IMG/VR virus record: IMGVR_UViG_3300040801_001224
Span: 1 to 64,000 of that record
DNA length: 64,000 nucleotides
Strand: one strand, 5' to 3'
This document shows positions 52,801 to 60,799 of this stretch, in pieces; the first letter of the stretch is position 1, and each line of letters opens with the position of its first letter. The notes under the pieces are model-generated. The model had not been told where the DNA came from. It did no database searches and saw only the letters and a list, made by a program, of their open reading frames with translations. A program made the translations under genes and the position numbers.

Positions 52801-55579
52801 CACGGAATGCGCCTGGCTTGATATCTTCTTTTGTTAGTGGCGGGATATAGTCACCTAGGAATTTTTCATTAATTCCATTATAAATTCTTGTTTCAAATTC
52901 TAATATTAGATCGTCAATAAAATCACTACCAGTTGATGGTGTGCGTGAGCCATCGTGGCCCACGATGACATCCATTGGAGTAACAAAAGATGTGTCAGTT
53001 GTTTTCTCTGGAGTATATGTTTGGTACATCCCTAACTTAGACGGTGTGGCTGGAACAAATGCTGGCTCAACATTTTCATAAATATAAAATTCAGCCGTTT
53101 CGCCAGCCAATACACTGAAATCAAACACAAGTTGGTCGCCAGTCACAGTAAATAACTCTTGTTCTATATGATTGCCGTTAATGTAGGCATAAACTTGGTT
53201 GCTTCTATCCGTTAAATCAACATTCTTGGATAGTGTGAACGTGTCTGTATCTGCTAGGGGCGTTTCACTATCAATAGTTGGTGTGCCCCAGGCAAACATA
53301 TATGAATACTGAAATGCTTCGTCAAATTGTGTGCCGTTTGTTAGGCGTGTAATTACTTCATCAAAGTTTGAACGTGCTGTGCCAAAGCCTGCTGTTTCTA
53401 TTTCTAGTTGACGTGCTTCCTTAATGAATCTATTCTTATAGCGTGTATATTCTTGTGACGCAAATCGTATGGCAGTCACAACATCTAGCTCTTTACTTGA
53501 GCTTGATAGCATTGCTAATGGCAATGGATCACGTGTTTGTAACATATATGTGCCAAGACTGTTGTCCTGACAAGTATCACGGAAGTTATTGCTCGCACCT
53601 AATGCTTGGCCAGTGAATCCTGGTTGATTCTCAATAATACTTACAAAGTGTTTGTACATATCATTCTGTGAGTATTCAACTACTTCACTGTTGCCTGCGT
53701 TATTTTCTAATGCGTCTGGAATCTCATAATAACCACGCGATCCTAAATCTTTATTTCCATTTTTATAAGAGTAAAACTCAATAACATCATTAGCTTTGGT
53801 TGATGTGCCGATTGTTACTGATGTGCCATTTACAGAGAATGTATCCTCTAGGACACCGTTTACTCTTACAGTTAGATCATCTGGAGTTTGACTAATAACA
53901 AACGTGTCGTTGCCATCCTGTGTTACAACATAACGATCAATAACATTTTGTTCTGTCTGGCCTAACACTAGAGAACTTTCAGTGTCAGCAGTGTCAAATG
54001 ATTCCTGAGCCGCCCACGTAGTTTTTAGTTCATCATTTATTTTGTAGTAGTAGAAGCCTGGGATTTCTGTTGGGTTGTCTTCCACTGATTCCTGAGTAGT
54101 TGCTCTAACAGCTTCTAAATCATGTTCAAATACAATGTCACCCACCTGACCCAGTCCAGTGAATTCTAACGGGAAACCTAACTCAGTGTCGTCTACAATG
54201 CTGTATTCGTTTACCTTATAAGAGAATATTTCGTTGCCAACAAACGATGGAAAGCTATATGTATTTTCGTCATCCAACGCCACACCATTGCTGTCATATA
54301 AACTGTATAAAGGTGCTTGGTTAATGCTGAACTTTTGATTGGCAACTTGTAGCCAACGTCCACCTGACACGTAATCAACACCTTCGAAGTAGTAGGTGTA
54401 CCCAGCGTAATTCTCACCGCTTTCAACAATAACAATATTGTCTTCACCTAGTAATGTACTCAGTGTTAGATTAATGATACCACCGGTTGTATCTACGTCA
54501 TATATTCTACCATTAGCTTCAATTAAAATCTTGTCACCAGTCACAAGGTTTGAGTTGTCAACTGTGACATCGCCGACTATGGCGCCTTCTAGTTCAGAAA
54601 ACGTCAGGGTATCTTCCACATAATCAATATAGTCTAGGAAGTTTCTGCCAGATTTATATAGTTCAATGTTTTTCTTAAATTCTATAATTGGGCGTGACGC
54701 AACTACGTATGCGCCAATTTCTTCTTCAAGGAACGCTAGAACACCAAACACTAAATCTCTATGATACCAACGGTTAGTGCGTGACCAAGCATTGTTGTCT
54801 TGTGCGCCACGTTCAATAGTAATGTAATCAAATGGTAAACTTGTTTTAATAGCATCCCAGGGTAGCTGATCCCAGAATCCATTTTCTGTAGAAACGTTTT
54901 GCCCACTCAACTCTGCTCCACCATCCCATGGTAAGAATTCAAATTGGTCGAATGCCGTTAATGGATTTGGCAGAGGGACAAGCTCAATGCCACAACCAAC
55001 GCCTTCAAGAATATATTCTTCACCTGCGTTAGCTGGGTTATTAAATGTAACGTGTATACCTGAACTTGCTTCAATCGTTTTGCTGTCAACTGTAATTGTA
55101 TAGTTTAGTTGGCCTTCGATGTCAGCAGGCGTCACAGTAGGGTCTAACTGAATAGTAGGCAAGTCATTTGTCATCCACAAATAGTTCTGATAGTTAATGA
55201 ACTTGTCAGCATCAATTGGCGGAGCGAAACTATAAGGTGTTGTTTTAAATAAGCGGTCGTGGTTGTTAATTAAACCGTTATGTTGTTTAATGTAGTTTAG
55301 GAAGTCCTCATAGAACATCACATTAGTTTCTTCTAATGTATCCGGATCACGTGAGAACGCAATAGGCTCTAATTGATAATCCACACGATTAAACGAACCT
55401 TCACTCAGAAAATAATCATTCTGTGGATCATAACGGCCGCCTACTCGACGTCCAATCCAACCAATTTCAGTATCAGCTTGCTTCTTCTGAAATAGTTGCT
55501 CAAATGTTGCTTCAAAGAATTTCTTCTGTGTGTCAGTTTGTAATACAACCGGTAATTGGCTTATTATTGTATTCTTCAT
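46823..55579 (-). CDS. very large baseplate wedge/structural protein (gp7-like position)
   Basis: 2918 aa; follows the gp6-like gene; YVNEVKPYQSKVR motif; PWD repeats. Confidence 0.8.
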   Translation of the reverse strand: MKNTIISQLPVVLQTDTQKKFFEATFEQLFQKKQADTEIGWIGRRVGGRYDPQNDYFLSEGSFNRVDYQLEPIAFSRDPDTLEETNVMFYEDFLNYIKQHNGLINNHDRLFKTTPYSFAPPIDADKFINYQNYLWMTNDLPTIQLDPTVTPADIEGQLNYTITVDSKTIEASSGIHVTFNNPANAGEEYILEGVGCGIELVPLPNPLTAFDQFEFLPWDGGAELSGQNVSTENGFWDQLPWDAIKTSLPFDYITIERGAQDNNAWSRTNRWYHRDLVFGVLAFLEEEIGAYVVASRPIIEFKKNIELYKSGRNFLDYIDYVEDTLTFSELEGAIVGDVTVDNSNLVTGDKILIEANGRIYDVDTTGGIINLTLSTLLGEDNIVIVESGENYAGYTYYFEGVDYVSGGRWLQVANQKFSINQAPLYSLYDSNGVALDDENTYSFPSFVGNEIFSYKVNEYSIVDDTELGFPLEFTGLGQVGDIVFEHDLEAVRATTQESVEDNPTEIPGFYYYKINDELKTTWAAQESFDTADTESSLVLGQTEQNVIDRYVVTQDGNDTFVISQTPDDLTVRVNGVLEDTFSVNGTSVTIGTSTKANDVIEFYSYKNGNKDLGSRGYYEIPDALENNAGNSEVVEYSQNDMYKHFVSIIENQPGFTGQALGASNNFRDTCQDNSLGTYMLQTRDPLPLAMLSSSSKELDVVTAIRFASQEYTRYKNRFIKEARQLEIETAGFGTARSNFDEVITRLTNGTQFDEAFQYSYMFAWGTPTIDSETPLADTDTFTLSKNVDLTDRSNQVYAYINGNHIEQELFTVTGDQLVFDFSVLAGETAEFYIYENVEPAFVPATPSKLGMYQTYTPEKTTDTSFVTPMDVIVGHDGSRTPSTGSDFIDDLILEFETRIYNGINEKFLGDYIPPLTKEDIKPGAFRDTQYSYGEYVSVYSQSFSKWSNNVNAQWQDNTTFDAGDWKTWNYSEHGVPGHWKGLYQYFYDTFRPHTHPWEMLGFAKKPDWWDVQYLGNYTSTNTGMWSDLEAGIIRMGSRQGVDSRFARPGMVIPVDASGDLLSPDEIDIDYVLTTNSDNSWLIGDQAPTESGWMNTEVYPFAVMEFLFLMRPAQFGYRFWDTNDNATSLAQPSQHISAETLDRRKYSSLSVHGELIDGELVYREGYQQWIADGLFFNARTIKSELGDKVRRLGVKLGHKMGGFTNPDTIETFLEGTSAESTTNGLLIPKENVETNIHTSPAIDEYTYSGVVVLAQEDGSYRVFGYDIISNNFKIIPRDQFAPKQEVRVGNDEAPFTLFDRGVAYQKGDIVKYNGVYYSAKEDLAPGSFDDDNWNRLSKLPSTGGIEVSYTKRGQQGVIQTVPYGTIFQTEQEVFDFLIGYGDYLEAVGWKFDETDNINYRLQNWLESAKEYLFWVTANWAPGQAIRLSPSSRYTKLDLARGYAGDLKIQYNGVYSILDENGFEIKAKDLVVERDDFTVNVKPLNQDQRGIYLLRVYATETEHRVTFDNKTSFADIIYDPLLGVRQNRLRFIGPRTLDWSGKREAPGYVITDDNRLIPNLDTLAESIRRFHDTESRLDRQEVEDTARHIIGFENRDYLVDLDIRQDTQYQFYQGVVRQKGTEDAINKILRSTNIVDGTDQTIEVFEEFALRLGHSGATCTTQQLDLAIDPRQIKTNPQIVQLDINPETSGFVKEVVLVNVESTYSEPPLIEIRPSINETNPITDHAQAVAILGDDGKVASIEVTHPGSGYTQEPNVYIPLVEWDPSVEPDGWSALPWDGGVDRAIAILGYEVTEDDPADDLVLIDKDDTESWLTKPTRGCDKTGLWSMIEPMAVMPTAGPLNTKDLSELTFSGDSLVSTNVTDYVNVGIARTLNDTWDIYNLVTDYGNGTMSISQLNDGNTILFAPTIENNNDFGFYVDDTAGSGQIINYGYVVVNDIVYRYERQSDSLGPLKLFDATGEEVQLTDFELTDEVKVFSSRRFTVLPAFDPGFEGDILYVEDDSTVYTATATEFTAVRRWDNQRVNTKIIKNAFVYEADTKDTLALVNIYDPVKGFIPGIAEQNIDIKSYTDPARYTNSDNESRINESLRFTKRDVGKTWLDLSSFAYYDYEQDDMRYRRERWGKQVPGSDLSVYEWVESLNPPASYDGAGTPRNTTDYTVESVFNDDAGFEVNYYYFWVRGLATRPENDKNRTLSIANIEQLMNNPKAQGYQWFSPIDTDKFVFANLEDLFENNEAVFQINYKDTDKDTNLHVEWYLMGDGNRNSPVKDIHWDKMTDSLVGFTKTISTADMPYIVNLPGAYLLGTDDDNPGETLYQLAVPNPALSVAEKYGTENRPRQSWFIDKQAARKVFTQKANDLFANMESFDATDFSNWVSTSNYWIINDEGNVEILSTLYTDYILEDLRSELREILDAMRNHVFIGDDFVKQNELMFAMINYVLSEQKDVDWVFKTTYVTLNQEAIPLEQAPTLVNDPFESLLEYVNEVKPYQSKVRDYKNAFKTLDLVEATVTEFDNKLVKMRFNRVECPELAEDELPGYECQEWINYINADDFITPSIPWDILPFDEEDWDGDAPVVYYEAAGLVPDTFEPGAPLLSLTGDQFVDSISPGTVEFDLSTETATQDIDYSVMGVYLNGEQLLNYYIYNSTVYIMAEDLLPTDVIDIYEVILPEGDFFLDPLYRAGNPQELVPMKMHEGVVLDVRTQGVTVTLPGSNIGEYPVVRGFTEVRVDGVPRTDYTFEEPEAWDQEAWDSGSEDWDNSFLAIQFDGEPDQTGSTVEIDYPEVNYRQHVNMSGLMTYERKSRCNTTLAADFAQGDIEVELTDASVMPEATVATPQVAWIGQEKITYRGIDGNTLVGVNRAERNTAEISIRPAGTDVWIGGESEMIIGGEQALWTDNFASIVYGLPNTLALSGTNIGTFLRGCP

Positions 55580-55583
55580 TTAG

Positions 55584-58500
55584 TTACCTAATTCTTAAAT
55601 TTGTATCAGTTAAGCTCTTAACAATATCAATGTTATTTACTGTCGCAGTTGACAGGAATAATTCGTTTACTTCTGCGCGGATTTGGAATAAGTTACCAAA
55701 TTCTGACTCCGCATCAGTTGGGACAATAACAACAGACGCTACAGACTTCTGTAACTGCTGGTGTATGTATGCCGCCAATTCAGTGTAATAGAATGCTTCG
55801 CCAAAGTCCCAGTTGGCAATGTTAAAGAACTCGTCAATCGCGTCTACAACACTCGACTTGATTTCATTATCACTCAATGTTGCGTTTGGAAGTTTAACAA
55901 CTTTAAAGTTGGCACGTAACTGTTCATCAGCATTATCACCAAACAACAATTTAAACTTCGCACTTTCAAATACAATCTGGTCCGAAAGCATCTTAAAGTT
56001 ATTCAAATCGCTGAACTGTACACGTAGCTCTTCTGTTGTTGGTGGCTCTGGTTGATCCGCAAGAGCTCCTGATTCCTTCTTCCAAACAAGCGTGTCATCA
56101 TAAAACGTTTGTGTTAGTATTAGCATATCCTGTATGTTTGATATGCTTGGATCAATTCTATTTTCAGCTGGCGCATAGTGTAGCCACTTGTAGAAGAATG
56201 GATCTTGCTCGCCATTGTCAGCGTAGTGATCACGTCCAATACGTGTGTAATGGTCTATGTCATCCTGGCTCGCAAAGTTGTTTTCAACACCAGGGTTAGT
56301 GTTTACGCTACCAACGATATCATAGAACGCACCGTTTTCATCAATCACAACCTTTCCTGCGATACCACCGTCTTCTTCTAAGTTGGTATATGAATTTAAT
56401 TCATCAACAAAGTCTGTAATTGTAACACCTGCTGGCAGTTCAATTAAGTCTACGTCACCAAATAGTTGGTTGCCATCAGCAGTTAATATCTCAAGTCTAA
56501 CAGCGAGTGTAACGTCAGTCGTTACTGCGTCACTCGCGTCATAGGCTGTAATGACACCAATGGCCTTTCTCGCTCCCCAAACTCTGAAATATTCATATTC
56601 ATCAAAGTCTGTAAATCTCTCAAAATAGACGATGTCAGTTTGTTGATTCACCAGTTCATCAAATGCCATCGGATTGTCTGGAACACCGTCTTCATCTGAA
56701 TCAACAGGAACAATCTTAACCTTGCGTTGATCAACATATCCATCGGCCATAATAAATGTATCGCTGATATTCCAGCGTACTGGCTCAGATAATTTTTCTG
56801 GATTTTCATATGCTATTGTGATCACGTCACCATTAGCTGGTGTAGCAGTAATGCCTACGATGCCGTTTGCTAGATTATATGTCAGTGTTCCTGCGTCAAT
56901 AGTTGGTGTTGCGTCACGTTCACGTAATGTAATGTAACCGGTCTGAGCGCCACCACCGTTGCCTGGGAAACTAAGTCCCAGTGTTTCTTCTTCCCAACGT
57001 CCTGACAATGAGTTGTAAATGTATTCTTCAACATACGTAGATTTGTTATTTAAATCTAATAATACAATCTCATCTTGTAGGGCTTTGCCCGTTTCAATAT
57101 CAAGTATTTGCTGTTCTGGCTCAAAGAAGAAACGTATTTCTTCACTTGACTCAAACACATATGCTAGACCACGTGTTGTGACATTATAGACTGGGAATAC
57201 AAGAGCTTCATTTACAGTGTAATCAGCTTCTAATAACCAACTCGCATCCTGACCACCATTTGTATCACCAGCAGTACTCAAATCAAATGCCGCGCCAAGT
57301 GCTATGTTATCATTAGCAATAACAAACCATTGGTCACCTGCGCCTGAAATATCATAGCGTAAACCAAATGGTTGTTCAGTTGCTATAGCCGCCGCAATTG
57401 AATCTGGATTATTTACTGATCCAAACTTTTCTTCGTCTGATAATTCTGTTCTAAAGAATGGAATAACTTCAACTAAATCCCAGCCAGTCTCAACTTCAGC
57501 TGATAGTGTGAAAGGACCTGTTGGTGACACGTTACTCACTATGCCGAAGTCATCCAATGTTCTAACGGTTACCCATTTCTGATTAGTTGAGTCACTTGGA
57601 TCAACAAATTTTAATTTTGCTCCCTGGCGTATAAATTTATAATCGCTTGTGGTTACCGTGATGTATCCAAGTGTGTTGCCTGGATCTACTGACGCTGGCG
57701 ATGAAAGATAACCAGTGTCGTTTTGTGATGTACCTGGCAGGGTAACCCATGTTACATCACGTTCATCGCCTGAGCCAGGTGTGTAGGAAAATTCTGAATC
57801 ACCATATATTGTCTTGTATTGCTTCAAGTATTCGTCATAAAAGAATGTACGCAACTTAACGCTCTCCAGTTGTGCCTGTAAGTCGTCTATAATTTCTTCA
57901 GTTGTGATTGTATCAGGGATATCAATGGATGTTCTTGAGTTATCCTCTTCACGGTAAATGCTGCCATCTTCTGCGAATAGAACAATATCCGAATGTTGTC
58001 CAGTTGGATCCTGGATATCAATAAAGCGACTGTGTCCTGAATGCGTTCTGTTTACTACACGAGTTTTAGCAATTTCATTACCACGTGTTAGTGGGAAAAC
58101 ATTATAGTCTTCATTGTTAACCATGCGGTCTTGCGTGTAGAATACCTGTGGTGCGTTTTCACGAATGTCGTCAGTTGTTTCGCTTAATGCTTGGTTGGAT
58201 ACAGTTGTCTCTAATGTGAACTGAATTGTAAGTAAATGCTCACGTCCTGACTTAGCAATGTAGGGCATTGATACTGTTTTAACGCCTACGTCAGCTGGAC
58301 GGAATACTGCGTTAGTATTAGCACTCGTTCTTGCCCACACCCTCATACTATCCTTTGGAACTTCACCAAAGTTACCGTCTGAATACTTAATAGTAATTGA
58401 ATCGTTAAAGCCACTAATTACTGAGTACACAGTTTTAACGTCAAGTGCGATATTGTTGTATGCTATGTTGCTACCGACCACACTTGGAACTTGGGTCCAT

Positions 58501-59414
58501 TCTTCCAACACTGATCCATTATCATTTACTTTTTGTACATAGACATCATCATTGTTGATGTTAGATGCTGGAATTTCTTCTGTTCTATTTTCTAATGGAA
58601 ATGCGTATTGGTAATCGTAATTATTTAATGTTCCTTGTTTGAAATGTAAGAAGAAACCAGTGTCAGCTGAACCTAATCCATTATTGTCATTTCTATATAA
58701 AATGTGCATCGGGTTTTCTGGATTTGGATGACGCTCAAAAAATGTTTCACCATCTGTGAAATCAGTATTGACAATATCAACTGGGTATGACTCGCCTTCA
58801 GAAGAAATCGTTACAGGGTAAGTAACTGTTGAGAATGGTGTCGTATTAACTCTATAAAGATGCGTCTTAATGCCACCAACTGTGCCTTTCTTAAATGGTT
58901 TACCAAATGTATTCGTTTCTGAAAAAGCCGCGTTCATTATTGCGATAATTTGTTCATATGAATTTGGGTTATTGGCATCGTTCCAGATAATTGTTCGTCC
59001 AGTTAGGTCAACACCTAAACTGTCAGTTAATGTTTCTGTAGTTGACACTGAATATAGTTTGAAGAGACCTTCTGCTGGTATGTTACGCTTAGGCTGATAA
59101 CTAACCATACGTGCTAAACGTATGATACTTTCACGTCTTTGTGCTGTGTCTAAAAAGTTCTCACGACTGTTAAGGTCTGTTCTGAACGCAAGTGACGTAC
59201 CTAAGTACGCAAGCAATTCAATTACCGCTATAAATTCCGAGCTTTCGATATAATCGTTAAAGTCTTCTGGGAAGTTTTCTCTGATATACTCAACTAAAGA
59301 GTCCTTAATTGTGTCAAAGTCATAGGCTTGGAAGTCTACATTTTTAAAACTCTGATAGATTTTAGTAAAGTCTTCTGCGGCAAATAAATTGGACTGTCTA
59401 ACTGACTGACTCAT
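55584..59414 (-). CDS. baseplate wedge subunit (T4 gp6-like)
   Basis: YDFDTIK...FNDYIESS..IELLAY...RENFLDTAQRRESI; QDRMVNNEDY. Confidence 0.9.
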   Translation of the reverse strand: MSQSVRQSNLFAAEDFTKIYQSFKNVDFQAYDFDTIKDSLVEYIRENFPEDFNDYIESSEFIAVIELLAYLGTSLAFRTDLNSRENFLDTAQRRESIIRLARMVSYQPKRNIPAEGLFKLYSVSTTETLTDSLGVDLTGRTIIWNDANNPNSYEQIIAIMNAAFSETNTFGKPFKKGTVGGIKTHLYRVNTTPFSTVTYPVTISSEGESYPVDIVNTDFTDGETFFERHPNPENPMHILYRNDNNGLGSADTGFFLHFKQGTLNNYDYQYAFPLENRTEEIPASNINNDDVYVQKVNDNGSVLEEWTQVPSVVGSNIAYNNIALDVKTVYSVISGFNDSITIKYSDGNFGEVPKDSMRVWARTSANTNAVFRPADVGVKTVSMPYIAKSGREHLLTIQFTLETTVSNQALSETTDDIRENAPQVFYTQDRMVNNEDYNVFPLTRGNEIAKTRVVNRTHSGHSRFIDIQDPTGQHSDIVLFAEDGSIYREEDNSRTSIDIPDTITTEEIIDDLQAQLESVKLRTFFYDEYLKQYKTIYGDSEFSYTPGSGDERDVTWVTLPGTSQNDTGYLSSPASVDPGNTLGYITVTTSDYKFIRQGAKLKFVDPSDSTNQKWVTVRTLDDFGIVSNVSPTGPFTLSAEVETGWDLVEVIPFFRTELSDEEKFGSVNNPDSIAAAIATEQPFGLRYDISGAGDQWFVIANDNIALGAAFDLSTAGDTNGGQDASWLLEADYTVNEALVFPVYNVTTRGLAYVFESSEEIRFFFEPEQQILDIETGKALQDEIVLLDLNNKSTYVEEYIYNSLSGRWEEETLGLSFPGNGGGAQTGYITLRERDATPTIDAGTLTYNLANGIVGITATPANGDVITIAYENPEKLSEPVRWNISDTFIMADGYVDQRKVKIVPVDSDEDGVPDNPMAFDELVNQQTDIVYFERFTDFDEYEYFRVWGARKAIGVITAYDASDAVTTDVTLAVRLEILTADGNQLFGDVDLIELPAGVTITDFVDELNSYTNLEEDGGIAGKVVIDENGAFYDIVGSVNTNPGVENNFASQDDIDHYTRIGRDHYADNGEQDPFFYKWLHYAPAENRIDPSISNIQDMLILTQTFYDDTLVWKKESGALADQPEPPTTEELRVQFSDLNNFKMLSDQIVFESAKFKLLFGDNADEQLRANFKVVKLPNATLSDNEIKSSVVDAIDEFFNIANWDFGEAFYYTELAAYIHQQLQKSVASVVIVPTDAESEFGNLFQIRAEVNELFLSTATVNNIDIVKSLTDTNLRIR

Positions 59415-59777
59415 TTATGATTCCTCTGTAAAATTTAAGTAAAGGACGTCTGATATGTCACCAGGAACGTATTGTAACTCAACTACTAGTTCAACTAAAT
59501 GTTCTTTTTCATTAACGTTCATGCCAATAAATTCTACCCTTGGATCTGCATCAAATACTTCAAGCAATTCTGACTCAATAGTTTCTAATAACCCTTGAGT
59601 TTTTGGCTCGAATATGTAAAGCGGGATGTTAGTTCCGAATGTAGGCATCATCACTCTCTCACCACGTCTCGTATGAATATGGTTTGTTAGGTCACGCTTG
59701 ACAAGTTCTAAGTCACGTAATGTAAACGGTGGCTTAATTTGATCAACTGTGTTAAAACCTTTGAATGTTGCTGACAT
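59415..59777 (-). CDS. baseplate wedge subunit (T4 gp25/GPW-like)
   Basis: TRRGERVMMPTFGT...DPRV; GATAAATA promoter at ~59805-59812. Confidence 0.92.
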   Translation of the reverse strand: MSATFKGFNTVDQIKPPFTLRDLELVKRDLTNHIHTRRGERVMMPTFGTNIPLYIFEPKTQGLLETIESELLEVFDADPRVEFIGMNVNEKEHLVELVVELQYVPGDISDVLYLNFTEES

Positions 59778-59839
59778 CTTATTATCCTTTGTTATATATT
59801 AACTTATTTATCAACCAAATTAACCACTGTTATAATAGG

Positions 59840-60173
59840 TTGACAAGACCACATTATATCCAGTATAATAGTGTTATGTTTACATATAGCGGCATTGTTG
59901 TTCCAGATCTTTATGAAATAGAAAAGCGTTTGCTGGATAATGGATTAGTTTTTCAGGAAGGAAATACCTTCCATTGCTTCTCTGAGTATCTGGATGAAGA
60001 TAGATTTGCCATGATCCTAAAAGATAAAAAGCCAGTATTGTTTGAAAACGAGTCTGCTATTATAAGAGCATTGGGCGGGCATTCGGACAGGCCAGTCTAC
60101 AGCATATCTGTAAAAAACTTTCAGATAATAGCTGAAGAAGTAGGTTGACAAGACCACTTATAATTGCTATAAT
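59840..60173 (+). promoter_or_regulatory. two early-type promoters inside the late module
   Basis: TTGACAAGACCAC..TATAAT at 59840-59869 and 60145-60173. Confidence 0.85.
59876..60148 (+). CDS. hypothetical protein (family A-like motif)
   Basis: ATG 6 nt after TATAAT; DEDRFAMILK. Confidence 0.7.
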   Translation: MFTYSGIVVPDLYEIEKRLLDNGLVFQEGNTFHCFSEYLDEDRFAMILKDKKPVLFENESAIIRALGGHSDRPVYSISVKNFQIIAEEVG

Positions 60174-60204
60174 ACACGTATAAATTAACACAAAGGGTTA
60201 CAAA

Positions 60205-60450
60205 ATGATTAAAGAAGTTAAGTACAACCTTTCATTTGCGAACGAGCAGTTTGCGGCAGAATTCAACGATGCGCTATTAACCGATGATCGACTCAACCAA
60301 ACACCCATTAACTTTACGGGTACTGAAATCTCTTTTACAGTTCCACGTAACCTTGTTCGTGCTTTTGAGAACGTTCGAAAGCGTGTTTACCCACTACAGT
60401 ATAAACAACAACTTGTTCCGATGACGACGGTGTCGGAATACGTTGCCTAA
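60205..60450 (+). CDS. hypothetical protein
   Basis: Own promoter. Confidence 0.75.
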   Translation: MIKEVKYNLSFANEQFAAEFNDALLTDDRLNQTPINFTGTEISFTVPRNLVRAFENVRKRVYPLQYKQQLVPMTTVSEYVA

Positions 60451-60486
60451 TAACTACCGTCGAAAACAACATAAGGAATTAAACTT

Positions 60487-60753
60487 ATGAATCGTAAAGA
60501 GGCTGAAGCCAAATTTCGAGAACTCGTCCGTCAGGCCGAGGAGTTTAATGCCCGACCAGGTACTGACAAGCGGTTCTTCCCAATGTCAGACGTCCGTCGG
60601 GGTCGTTTAATTACTGTCGGCATGTACGACGACAAGAGCAAGAAGTACGCATTGGGCGATCTTTTAGCTCACAACATCGAACAGGTGCTTGGTGATATTG
60701 AAGATATGATCACTAACCCTGGTCCTACAAAGCGTTTTCCAAACGTAGCGTAA
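60487..60753 (+). CDS. hypothetical protein
   Basis: SD AAGGA. Confidence 0.8.
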   Translation: MNRKEAEAKFRELVRQAEEFNARPGTDKRFFPMSDVRRGRLITVGMYDDKSKKYALGDLLAHNIEQVLGDIEDMITNPGPTKRFPNVA

Positions 60754-60770
60754 GGGTAGCGGTGATTTAG

Positions 60771-60799
60771 GAAAGGGACTTTTTAGTCCCTTTTCTTTT
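60771..60799. terminator. terminator between convergent units
   Basis: AAAGGGACT-TTTT-AGTCCCTTT followed by T-rich sequence. Confidence 0.8.
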
